Part shown: piece by piece, positions 18,389 through 27,827 of the stretch
Position numbering within the stretch: position 1 is the stretch's first letter
Layout of the letters: each line of letters starts with the position of its first letter
Assembly: GCA_002497285.1 (NCBI GenBank)
Contig: DANJ01000014.1
Span: 34,089 to 98,088 of the forward strand
DNA from: Candidatus Pacearchaeota archaeon UBA92
GTDB taxonomy: Archaea > Nanobdellota > Nanobdellia > Pacearchaeales > GW2011-AR1
Reading direction: 5' to 3'
Length of the DNA stretch: 64,000 nt
Position numbers and translations under genes: made by a program
The notes under the pieces: model-generated
What the model saw: the letters and a program-made list of their open reading frames with translations, nothing else
The model's database searches: none
What the model was told of the DNA's origin: nothing

Positions 18389-21313
18389 ATGGCTCTTAAA
18401 CTAAAATTCGACAGCGATTTACGACACCAAAATGATGCAATTAGTTCTATAGTTGATTTATTTGATGGTCAGCCATTAAATCAAGGAGATTTTGAAGTCT
18501 ATATGGCAAAGAAGAAGGGTGAGCTCCATAGTCATTTGGGATTGGGAAATAAAATTCTATTAGATGAAAAAGATATTTTAGAAAATTTGAAAAAGATACA
18601 AGAAAAAAATGAACTTCCACTTTCGGATAATTTAGATGGGCTTAATTTTTCTATTGAAATGGAAACAGGAACTGGAAAAACTTATGTTTATTTAAGAACG
18701 ATATTTGAATTAAACAAAAAATATGGTTTCAAGAAGTTTATTGTTGTAGTTCCAAGTGTTGCGATTAGGGAGGGAGTTAAGAAAAATATTGAAATTACAG
18801 AAGAACACTTCAAAAAGTTATATAATAATGTTCCATTCAAATGTCAGGTCTATGATTCTAAAAAAATAAATCAAGTTGGGGAGTTTGCAAGAAGTAATAA
18901 CATTCAGGTTCTAATTATCAATATTGATGCATTTAGGAAGACATTAGAAGATAAAGATGAACTCTCAAAGGCAAATGTTATTCATAGAGAACAAGATAAA
19001 CTCGGTGGTAGAAAACCAATTGAGTTCATTCAAGCAACAAAACCGATCGTAATTATAGATGAACCTCAAAGCGTAGACAATACAGATCTAGCTAAAAAAG
19101 CAATTTCTTTATTAAACCCTTCCTGCATATTAAGGTATTCTGCTACGCATAGAGAACAATATAATTTAGTTTACAAATTAGATCCTATAAAAGCGTATGA
19201 TTTGAAATTAGTTAAAAAAATAGAGGTGGCTTCTTTAACCGAAGACTTATCTGCAAATGAACCATACATCAAGTTAGAAAAAATGGATAATTCAAAGGGT
19301 CTCAGAACAAAAATATCTATTCTACAAAAAGGCTCTTCGGGAACAAATAAGAAAAGCTTGTTTGCAAAACAAGGCGAAGATTTGTATGATCTCTCTGGTG
19401 AGTTGGAAATTTACAGAGGATATATTATATCTGACATAGATGCTACCCCTAAAAATGAATTATTGACTTTCAGCAATGGCAAGTTTTTAACATTGGGTCA
19501 AGAAATGGGTGGAATAAAAGAAGAATTGATAAAACAACAAATTAAAGAGACTATTAAAGAACATCTTAAAAAAGAAGCTAAATTTAAGAAACTCGGTATA
19601 AAGGTTCTTTCTCTATTCTTTATTGATAGAGTTAATAATTATAGATATTATGATGAAAAGAATAAGGCACAAAAAGGAAAATATGCTCAATGGTTTGAAG
19701 AGTCATTTAAAGAGTTATTAAAAGAATCTTACTTTAAGTTTATTATAGATCAAGTTTATCCAGGATTTTCAGAAGAGTCCATTGAAAGGCTACATAACGG
19801 ATATTTTGCACAAGATAAAAGTGGAAATTGGAAAGATACAAATGGACAAACTCAAGCTGATGACGATATCTATGGGCTTATTATGAGAAACAAAGAGCAA
19901 TTATTGTCTATGGACGAACCATTGAGATTTATATTTAGCCACTCTGCTTTAAGAGAGGGTTGGGATAATCCTAATGTTTTTCAAATATGCACATTAAATG
20001 AGACTAAATCTACTATGAAAAAAAGACAAGAAATTGGACGAGGGTTAAGACTCCCCGTAAATCAAAAAGGAGAAAGAATTTATGATGATGAAATCAACAG
20101 ATTAACTGTCTTTGCTAATGAAAGCTATGAAGATTTTGTTAAGAAGTTACAAGAAGATTTTGAAGAAGACGGTATGAAATTTGGTATTGTTGACGAGATT
20201 ATATTTAGAAAAGTAAGGGAACTTATTGCTGGAGAGAAATTTATTCCTTCGGAAAAAGCCAAAGAGATTTTTATCGAATTAAAAGATAAAGGATACATAA
20301 ACAAAGATGGAAAGATTGAAGAGAAATTTGCCCCTGAAAAAGAAGGATTCAAATTGGAGCTTAAAGAGTCATTAGTCAAATATTCTCCGCAGATAACTGA
20401 TTTATTGAAGAAACAATTATTAACTAGTAGAGTTAAGAGAAAAAGAGATAGACAACCTGTAAAACTAAAGAAAGAAGTTATAGCTAGTCCAGAATTTAAA
20501 GCTCTTTGGCAAAAAATAAATAAGAAAACATTCTATTCAGTAGAATTTTCTACTAAAAAGCTTATAGACAATTGTTCAATCCTAATAAGACAAATTGATA
20601 AAATAAGACCATTGAAAATTGATTTTAAGAAAGCTGAAGTTGAATTAGAAAAGGAAGGACTAGACACAACCCTTTTAAGAACTCAAGAAATTGAAGTTAT
20701 GAAAGAGAACTCTCTTCCAGATATCTTATCTTATCTACAGAGAGAAACACATTTAACTAGAGACACGATAGCAGAAATTCTAATAAAATCAAATAGGATT
20801 GAAGAGTTTAAAATAAATCCTCAAAGATTCATGGATGCTATAATTGAAGTTGTCAAAAAAGAATTATTGAGCTTATTGCTATCGGGAATAAAATATGAAA
20901 GAATAGGCAATGAAGTTTATGAGATTCAAATATTTCAAGAAAAAGAAATTGAAGAATATTTAGATAAAATGATAGAAGTCAATAATAGCGTTTATGATTA
21001 TGTTGTTTATGATTCCGAAGTAGAGAAGAAGTTTGCTAAAGAACTTGACAAAAGAGAAGATGTAGAATTATTCATGAAACTTCCTCCAAAGTTCATTGTA
21101 AATACACCATTAGGATCTTATAATCCAGATTGGGCTGTTGTAAAAAAGGATGAAAAGGGAGCTAAAAAATTATATCTTGTAAGAGAAACAAAAGGTTCGC
21201 TTTCTGAAGAAGACCTTAGAGGTAGAGAAGCATATAAGATAGAATGTGGAAGAAGACATTTTAAGGCAATTGACGTTGACTTTGATGTTGTGACTAGTGC
21301 CAGCGAGGTTTAA
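18389..21313 (+). CDS. res: Type III restriction endonuclease (Res)
   Basis: METGTGKT, DEPQ, RYSATH, LREGWDNPNVFQIC and QEIGRGLRL motifs; C-terminal YNPDW...ETKG nuclease. Confidence 0.95.
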   Translation: MALKLKFDSDLRHQNDAISSIVDLFDGQPLNQGDFEVYMAKKKGELHSHLGLGNKILLDEKDILENLKKIQEKNELPLSDNLDGLNFSIEMETGTGKTYVYLRTIFELNKKYGFKKFIVVVPSVAIREGVKKNIEITEEHFKKLYNNVPFKCQVYDSKKINQVGEFARSNNIQVLIINIDAFRKTLEDKDELSKANVIHREQDKLGGRKPIEFIQATKPIVIIDEPQSVDNTDLAKKAISLLNPSCILRYSATHREQYNLVYKLDPIKAYDLKLVKKIEVASLTEDLSANEPYIKLEKMDNSKGLRTKISILQKGSSGTNKKSLFAKQGEDLYDLSGELEIYRGYIISDIDATPKNELLTFSNGKFLTLGQEMGGIKEELIKQQIKETIKEHLKKEAKFKKLGIKVLSLFFIDRVNNYRYYDEKNKAQKGKYAQWFEESFKELLKESYFKFIIDQVYPGFSEESIERLHNGYFAQDKSGNWKDTNGQTQADDDIYGLIMRNKEQLLSMDEPLRFIFSHSALREGWDNPNVFQICTLNETKSTMKKRQEIGRGLRLPVNQKGERIYDDEINRLTVFANESYEDFVKKLQEDFEEDGMKFGIVDEIIFRKVRELIAGEKFIPSEKAKEIFIELKDKGYINKDGKIEEKFAPEKEGFKLELKESLVKYSPQITDLLKKQLLTSRVKRKRDRQPVKLKKEVIASPEFKALWQKINKKTFYSVEFSTKKLIDNCSILIRQIDKIRPLKIDFKKAEVELEKEGLDTTLLRTQEIEVMKENSLPDILSYLQRETHLTRDTIAEILIKSNRIEEFKINPQRFMDAIIEVVKKELLSLLLSGIKYERIGNEVYEIQIFQEKEIEEYLDKMIEVNNSVYDYVVYDSEVEKKFAKELDKREDVELFMKLPPKFIVNTPLGSYNPDWAVVKKDEKGAKKLYLVRETKGSLSEEDLRGREAYKIECGRRHFKAIDVDFDVVTSASEV

Positions 21314-22009
21314 ATGACACTAGCCCTAACTTTTCCAATAAGGGATGCATGGGTAGTTATTGCAGATAAAAAGATGATTAGTAAGGAGGATAATATTAAA
21401 GATAGCGATCTAATGTGCATAAAGTTTTTTACAGATAATAGACAAAAAATAGAAAAGATAGCTCATGGATTAATCTTTGTTGGTGCTGGAAATAAGGACA
21501 TATTAGATAAGACTATTGAGAGAATAAATCTTTCAAAAGACTTTGACGAGTTTTTGAAGTATTTAAAAGAAAAAATAGGTGAAGTATACTCTCATTTTGG
21601 TGATACTATAAATGAAGAGGAATTTTTGATTATTGAACAGAACAAACAAAGAGCTTTTAAGTTCAAGATTAAAGAAATAAAAAGAAGCGAGGGTAAAAAA
21701 GGCTGTTATCCTTTGATAGCCCAGAATCTTGAGAATAATTTCATTGGTTGTTATGAAAATTGCATAAATCTCGGGAATGTTAAATTAGAGATAAACCAAT
21801 TAAGAACTAATATTTCTACAAGTGCGGGCAAGAAATTTTATCAAGAGTGTAATAGAATTCTTTCGCTTCTCGCAATAGATAATCTATATTCAGTGGGACA
21901 TCCAGCAATACATGGATCAGACATCTGGTTAGTTTCAAATAATAAGATTAAAAAAGTTTACTCTTCGCCAGCAAATACATATCTATGGGAGGTTAAAGAA
22001 GATGATTAA
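21314..22009 (+). CDS. Proteasome-beta/HslV-like Ntn hydrolase (putative Thr protease)
   Basis: After Met removal: T1...VVIAD17, QKI...VGAG (Lys-to-Gly spacing of 14, as in K33/G47) and late DNLYSVG (D166/S169-like). Confidence 0.65.
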   Translation: MTLALTFPIRDAWVVIADKKMISKEDNIKDSDLMCIKFFTDNRQKIEKIAHGLIFVGAGNKDILDKTIERINLSKDFDEFLKYLKEKIGEVYSHFGDTINEEEFLIIEQNKQRAFKFKIKEIKRSEGKKGCYPLIAQNLENNFIGCYENCINLGNVKLEINQLRTNISTSAGKKFYQECNRILSLLAIDNLYSVGHPAIHGSDIWLVSNNKIKKVYSSPANTYLWEVKEDD

Positions 22010-24185
22010 GGAATTTGAGGATATTCGATATAAATTTGAAGAACAAAAAGTAAGGTATACTTCTATTTCCAATAAATTTTCATTTGAAGATAAGAAAAAA
22101 ATAATAGAAACTATCTTGGAAGAGGATATCTGGGCATATTTTCAATTAGCAGTTGAAATATTATTTGAGTTTTGTTCTGATACTAAGGAATACATTAATC
22201 TGTTAGAAAGAACCTATAATAAAATAAAAAATGATATGGCATCTGCACCTTTCTTTGAGATGTTGATTAGAATCGGTAAGGAGAAGCCATCTATAGGTCT
22301 TGCAATTTATAAAGAAATAAATCAAAATAGCAATAGCGATGAGCTCAAAACAATAAGCGGTTTAATACTTGGGGGATATTCAATAAAAGAGAATAATCTT
22401 TTAAACAAGTTAATAGGAGAAAGAAAAATAGAATACCCTCTTACAAATCTGACTCTTAAGGCAATTCTGGTAAAATATGAAAATGAAAACGCTATTCCTG
22501 AAGAGGTAAAATCATTTATTGAATATGTCTCTAACTCTGAAGAGGAAAAACATTTGAGAGAACTTATGAATCTTTGTATTTTTTTATACAAATTAGATAA
22601 TAACTATTTTTATGATATAATTAAAAAGATAATGGAAAAGAAAAATAGTAGAGTAAATGAGATGATTTTTATTAGATGCAAAAGGCTAAACTTCTCAAGT
22701 AAACAGTTTATAGAATTAGCTGAGCTTACAAAAGATTGTGATGAACACGCTTTAAATGAACTGATGCATTCTTTTATTGATTATCCAGAGGAAGTTGAGA
22801 ATATATCAGAATTATTTATTTATTGGGTAAACAAGAACTTGGAGTTTAAAATTATAAATTTTGATTGGACATTAAAAGAATTGGCTAAAAAGAATAAGAA
22901 ATTCATAGAATACTTCATAGATAATTATAGCAAAATCCAGACTGAAAAGTTATCTTATTTTCATTTATTCCCAAGAATGTTTGAGAGATTAGCTTCTGAG
23001 GATATCTCTTTCGCCATAAAAATATTAATTATCAAGAAAGTATGGGAAAAGGACTTAAGACTATTCTTTGAATTGGTATCTAAAATTATAGGCGATATTT
23101 ATAAGTTGAGTGATAAAAACAAGGCATTTGATTTGTTCTTACCTCTTGCCAATGTAATTGAAAGCATCTCGGAGGGTTCAGATTTTGTAAATTATGACAA
23201 GGATAATTTTAATAAGATTATTCAAACAAAAAACTTTGATGAGTTAATCAATTATGTCAACTATTTGTTGGATGCTTTAAGGTTTCGTAAGAATAAATAT
23301 AACTTTGAAGAAATAGATAAGTCATTAGAAGAATTTAAAGAACTAAACTATGTTGTAAAAACTACTCTGGATAAAATAAAAAAAGAAAAGAGATACTCTC
23401 CATTATTCTGGCTAGGCGAACAAGAAAGAGATAAGGAGTTAAAGAAAGCATACCTAGAAGAATTAAACCAATATTTGAATTTAACCTCGGATATAGTGAA
23501 TGAAGAATGTTCTGAGAACAATAGGTCTTTGATTAATAATCTAAGTGATGAAAGTGGCTTTTTTGATGTCTTTAGTGAGGTGCTATTCATAAATAAATTT
23601 GTTGTTTTAAAGAGCAAGTATAGTTTAGTTATTGAACCAAAAATACCTAATAAGAGAGGTTATTCAGATTTATTAGTTCAGAATAAGCAAAGAAAGTTTT
23701 TCTTTGAGGTTAAAAATTCAAAAACAGATCGAAATTTAAGTTTAGATAACGGGGCAGTCTTAATAAAAAATAGGGTGGACAAGATAATTAAAGAAAAATC
23801 CAAGCAGTTCTTTGATGAAAAAACATTTAAGGAGATGGAAGATGGAAAAAGGACAGATCTCTACTTTATAGTAATTGATGCAGATAATTCAACTATCGAT
23901 GAATACATGATTGCCAATAGCTTTTTTGGAAGTTTAGCTTATCAGTTTTATAGAAATAATAAAACTGGGGAGACTACAGAACCCCAGTTAGTAAGGAATG
24001 ATGATGCAATAGCTAAGGATAAGAAAATTGTTAGCGGATTAATATATTTCAAAAAACAGTTAATCAATAAAGATGGAAAAATAAAATTTATTTTGGTAGG
24101 GGATATTATTGTAAATCCTTATGCAGTTAATCAACCAACAAAAGAAGAGGTTGAAGAGTTAAAGAAAATATTATTTAGTGCGTAA
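22002..24185 (+). CDS. Large alpha-helical protein with a C-terminal PD-(D/E)XK nuclease domain
   Basis: FSEV...IEPK...YSDLLV...FFFEVKN restriction-like motif; the N-terminal ~450 aa read as amphipathic helices. Confidence 0.65.
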   Translation: MIKEFEDIRYKFEEQKVRYTSISNKFSFEDKKKIIETILEEDIWAYFQLAVEILFEFCSDTKEYINLLERTYNKIKNDMASAPFFEMLIRIGKEKPSIGLAIYKEINQNSNSDELKTISGLILGGYSIKENNLLNKLIGERKIEYPLTNLTLKAILVKYENENAIPEEVKSFIEYVSNSEEEKHLRELMNLCIFLYKLDNNYFYDIIKKIMEKKNSRVNEMIFIRCKRLNFSSKQFIELAELTKDCDEHALNELMHSFIDYPEEVENISELFIYWVNKNLEFKIINFDWTLKELAKKNKKFIEYFIDNYSKIQTEKLSYFHLFPRMFERLASEDISFAIKILIIKKVWEKDLRLFFELVSKIIGDIYKLSDKNKAFDLFLPLANVIESISEGSDFVNYDKDNFNKIIQTKNFDELINYVNYLLDALRFRKNKYNFEEIDKSLEEFKELNYVVKTTLDKIKKEKRYSPLFWLGEQERDKELKKAYLEELNQYLNLTSDIVNEECSENNRSLINNLSDESGFFDVFSEVLFINKFVVLKSKYSLVIEPKIPNKRGYSDLLVQNKQRKFFFEVKNSKTDRNLSLDNGAVLIKNRVDKIIKEKSKQFFDEKTFKEMEDGKRTDLYFIVIDADNSTIDEYMIANSFFGSLAYQFYRNNKTGETTEPQLVRNDDAIAKDKKIVSGLIYFKKQLINKDGKIKFILVGDIIVNPYAVNQPTKEEVEELKKILFSA

Positions 24186-24240
24186 AACGTCCGTTTTCTC
24201 CAGCCCCAGTTTTAACATCCTATCACGACGATTAGAATTC

Positions 24241-24705
24241 TTATTTTACATGGGGGGATTTTGGTCTGCCGAGCTTTTTGCCTTCCTGCCTTGCCCTTTC
24301 TAAGCCAGCCATAGTCCTTTCCCTGATAATATCCCTCTCAAATTGGGCAAATGACGAGAGAATGTTTATCATTAGCTTATTTGTTGGGTTATCATCTAAG
24401 ACTATATTCTCCTTTAGAGTTTTGAATTGAACATTATTTTGTTTAAGAAGTTCTAAGTCATTAATGAGTTCCTGCATGCTCCTTGCCCATCTGTCAAGTT
24501 TCCAAACTAAAATTAAATCCCATTTCTTTCTTAATGCATCTTGAAAAATATCGTTTTTTACAGGGCGAGTCTTTCTTGTTGACTCCTGTTCTTCAAATAT
24601 TTTATAATCATAGCCCATAGCTTTTGCATACTTTTCCAACTCTATCTTTTGATTCTCAGGATTCTGATCTATCTTTGAAGTTCTACAATATATCGCTACT
24701 TTCAT
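24241..24705 (-). CDS. Serine recombinase (resolvase/invertase catalytic domain, no C-terminal HTH)
   Basis: YCRTS catalytic Ser, KLDRWARS, FAQFERDIIRERTMAGL and GRPK motifs. Confidence 0.93.
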   Translation of the reverse strand: MKVAIYCRTSKIDQNPENQKIELEKYAKAMGYDYKIFEEQESTRKTRPVKNDIFQDALRKKWDLILVWKLDRWARSMQELINDLELLKQNNVQFKTLKENIVLDDNPTNKLMINILSSFAQFERDIIRERTMAGLERARQEGKKLGRPKSPHVK

Positions 24706-24969
24706 GTTTTCTTACCTTAGTTGGCTCTCTATGAATTTCACAAGGGCATTCAAAAGGATCAATCTTATATTTTTGTTTTAATTCTGTAACATACAACACT
24801 TCTCTTTCCCCTGCTCCGCCATTAACATGTCTATTCCAATAAAGATTGTTTACTAAAGAAATAATTGAGTTCTCTTGGGTTATCGATGCTATTTCATTTA
24901 ATTCTGTGCCCGCAAACCTGCCAAAAATATATTCATGGAAACCTTGTGCGACTTTTTTATTTAAACTTG

Positions 24970-25164
24970 TTAAAGATGAACATGCTCCTCCATCACCTTG
25001 ATAATTTCTATTCTTATCCCATGTTTTTTGCAGGCTTCTTCTATTGCAACTCTGCAAAAAACTTTCAGTTTTTCGCTTCTCATCATGCGATATCTGTACT
25101 TTGGTGTTATCTGAACATACTTCCTGTTTGCTCCGACAGAGCTCCCGCTATGTTTGTATTCCAT
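24970..25164 (-). pseudogene. tnpA: Truncated IS200/IS605 TnpA (Y1 HUH transposase)
   Basis: PKYRY and EEHVHL (HUH) followed immediately by a stop, so the catalytic Tyr helix is missing. GGAGGT SD lies upstream. Confidence 0.85.
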
Positions 25165-25320
25165 TTTTTTACCTCCCGTTAAGTTTATTTAGTGAGAACC
25201 AGTTACAACTACAGGTTTGGTGCAGGGAGTAGCAACTTGCTCTCCCTGTTTTATATTTATTTTAGTAGAAAAACATTACGGCGCCATTCATCTATGGGCT
25301 AAAGCCCACAGGGTTCTGGC
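24970..25320 (-). mobile_element. IS200/IS605-family remnant (left end plus partial tnpA)
   Basis: Subterminal hairpin TGGGCT-AA-AGCCCA (25295-25308) within GCCA...TGGC; second hairpin CAGGGAG...CTCCCTG (25223-25248); both lie upstream of the tnpA fragment. Confidence 0.7.
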
Positions 25321-25568
25321 ACGTCTCTAAAAATCCACCTCTCATCTTCAAAACCTAAATGTCTCTAACGCTTATAAAATTTGCCTTTCGTTAACCTTTT
25401 TAAACAAACTTTCCTTTCAATAAAGCATGATAATCAGACAGCCAATCATATACAACACGAGTTATCTTGGAGATGTTAACTCTTTTTTATTAGCCTAATT
25501 AATTGAATAATGAAGAATATTTATACCTTTCTAGAAATAATTAAAAACATACTTTCTTTCTTAAAACT

Positions 25569-26003
25569 ATGAAAAAAGAGTGTATATTTTGTAAGATTAT
25601 AAAAGGAGAAATAGTTTCTTCAAAGGTTTATGAAGACAGGGATGTCTTGGCTTTTCTTGACATACAACCAGTAAACAATGGACATATACTTATTATTCCA
25701 AAAAAACATATTGAACTTATTATTGACTTGAATGACAGGATAGTAGAAAAAATGTTTAAAATAGCTAAAAAATTAAATCAAGCCTTGAGGAAGTCAGGGT
25801 TAAAATGCCAAGGTGTTAATTATTTCTTAGCTGATGGAGAAATAGCTATGCAAGAAGTTCCACATGTTCACTTACATGTCTTTCCACGATATAATGGAGA
25901 TGGTTTTGGTCTAAAGTTTCCAAAGAAATATTTTAAGTTGCCTTCTAGGAGATTATTAGATAATAGTGCTTCTAAAATAAGAACTAACTTGAAAAGAATC
26001 TAA
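25569..26003 (+). CDS. hit: HIT family nucleotide hydrolase
   Basis: CIFCKII, FLDIQP..GH and QEVPHVHLHVFPR (histidine triad) motifs. Confidence 0.95.
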   Translation: MKKECIFCKIIKGEIVSSKVYEDRDVLAFLDIQPVNNGHILIIPKKHIELIIDLNDRIVEKMFKIAKKLNQALRKSGLKCQGVNYFLADGEIAMQEVPHVHLHVFPRYNGDGFGLKFPKKYFKLPSRRLLDNSASKIRTNLKRI

Positions 26004-26052
26004 GCTTTTCCTTAAGCAAAAGCTTTTAATGCATTAATTGATTGTTTTCTGT

Positions 26053-27792
26053 ATGAATGAACAAAGAATACGCCAGCCAATAATAACAGTAGTAGGTCAT
26101 GTAGACCATGGAAAAACATCCCTCTTGGATTGTTTTAGAGGTAGCTCTATTCAAACAGGCGAAGCAGGAGGCATTACACAGAAGATATCATTCACAAAAT
26201 ATCCGTACGAACAAATAATAAAATCATGCCCTCTAATAGAAAAGAGCAAGATAGACTTGAAAATTCCAGGATTTTTATTCATAGACACTCCTGGACACGC
26301 AGCATTTACAAACCTAAGAAAGAGGGGAGGTGCTTTAGCAGATATGGCAATCCTTGTTGTAGACATAAAAGAAGGAATTAAACCACAAACTGCAGAAGTC
26401 TTATCCATCTTAAAATCTAATAAAACTCCCTTTGTTATTGCATTAAACAAATTGGACACAATATCAGGATGGCAAAAAAAGTCAACAATCAAGGAATCAA
26501 TTGAATCACAAGCAATAAACGTTGAAGAAGAATTTAACACAGCCTTATTAACCTTTCAAGGCTCTTTGCAAAATCATGGATTTGATTCAGATTTATTCTA
26601 TCAAATGGAAGATTTTACAAAAAAAATAGCAATAGTGCCATGCTCCGCAAAAACAAAGCAGGGAATTCAGGAGTTATTGTTTGTCCTCTGCGGATTGTCT
26701 CAAAAGTTTCTGACAAAAAGTCTCCAGATTTCAAAAGAATCAAAAGGAGTTATATTAGAAGTAAAAAAAGACAAGGCAGTTGAACTGGCTGAAGCAATTC
26801 TTTATGACGGTCAATTAGAAGAAGGCGATGAAATAGCAGTTGCAACTCTTTCAGGAGACCCCTTAATAACAAAAATACGTTCAATACAGGAAATTCTACC
26901 CCTCTCTTCAAAATTCAAATCTGTAAAAAATGTAACTGCCGCAACCGGAATAAGACTACAATTCACACACAAAGAAGGCCTTGTTTCTGGAATGCCTTTC
27001 CAAAAGATACAAAATAATCTAAAGGAGATAAAAGAAACATTCAAAGAAGAAATAGCACAAGCAACAAAACCAGATAAACAGGGAATTATAATAAAGGCAG
27101 ATTCGTTAGGAAGTTTAGAAGCCCTTGTGACTCTGTTAAAACAATCGAACATCCAATTTGTAAAATCTGGAATAGGCTCCATAAACAAGGTAGATATAAT
27201 CAATGCAAAAGCCAATTTAGAAACAAATCCTTTAGACGCAATAATTGTCGGTTTTAATGTGAAAGCAGAAGAAGAACTAAATGCAGAAAACATCAAAGTA
27301 ATCACAGATGATATAGTTTACAAGTTAATAGAAAACTTAGAATTATGGAGAAAAAATAAACAATCCGAAATTGAGAAAGAAAGGCTAATGGAATTAGCAT
27401 TAATATGTAAGCTGGAAATCTTACCCCAATACCTCTTCCGTAATTCAAATCCTGCAATATTTGGGGTAAAAATTTTAGCTGGAAAGCTCAAAAATCATGT
27501 TAATTTAATAGATAATAATGACAACGTAATAGCCAGAGTAAAAGCAATTCAAGCAGACAAAAGTTCAGTCGAAGAAGCTTCAGAAGGCCAAGAAGTAGCC
27601 ATCTCCCTTCCAGGAACAAACTTTGAAAGACAAATAAAAAATACCAATGTCAAATTCCTTTATTCCCAACTGTCAGAATCACAATTCAAAAAATTTAAGG
27701 AAAATAGGGATTTATTGTCTCAATCAGAAATAAAAGCCTTGTCAGAGATAGCTGAAATAAAAAGAAGAAAAACAGAGAGCTGGGGTATCTGA
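26053..27792 (+). CDS. infB: Translation initiation factor aIF5B (IF-2)
   Basis: RQPIITVVGHVDHGKT, GGITQ, DTPGH, NKLD and KADSLGSLEAL motifs. Probable start is ATG 26053. Confidence 0.97.
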   Translation: MNEQRIRQPIITVVGHVDHGKTSLLDCFRGSSIQTGEAGGITQKISFTKYPYEQIIKSCPLIEKSKIDLKIPGFLFIDTPGHAAFTNLRKRGGALADMAILVVDIKEGIKPQTAEVLSILKSNKTPFVIALNKLDTISGWQKKSTIKESIESQAINVEEEFNTALLTFQGSLQNHGFDSDLFYQMEDFTKKIAIVPCSAKTKQGIQELLFVLCGLSQKFLTKSLQISKESKGVILEVKKDKAVELAEAILYDGQLEEGDEIAVATLSGDPLITKIRSIQEILPLSSKFKSVKNVTAATGIRLQFTHKEGLVSGMPFQKIQNNLKEIKETFKEEIAQATKPDKQGIIIKADSLGSLEALVTLLKQSNIQFVKSGIGSINKVDIINAKANLETNPLDAIIVGFNVKAEEELNAENIKVITDDIVYKLIENLELWRKNKQSEIEKERLMELALICKLEILPQYLFRNSNPAIFGVKILAGKLKNHVNLIDNNDNVIARVKAIQADKSSVEEASEGQEVAISLPGTNFERQIKNTNVKFLYSQLSESQFKKFKENRDLLSQSEIKALSEIAEIKRRKTESWGI

Positions 27793-27827
27793 AAGATTTA
27801 AAAACCCTTCTTATCAAATAATCTAGT

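Noticed and set aside
21314-22009. Housekeeping proteasome beta subunit (psmB)
   Set aside because: It has no propeptide, lacks the GSG motif, is highly divergent and is embedded in an R-M operon, so it was treated as a distinct Ntn family instead.
24241-24705. IS607 transposase
   Set aside because: It lacks the N-terminal MerR-like HTH, has no adjacent tnpB, and its C-terminus is resolvase-type (ERT..GL..AR..G...GRP).
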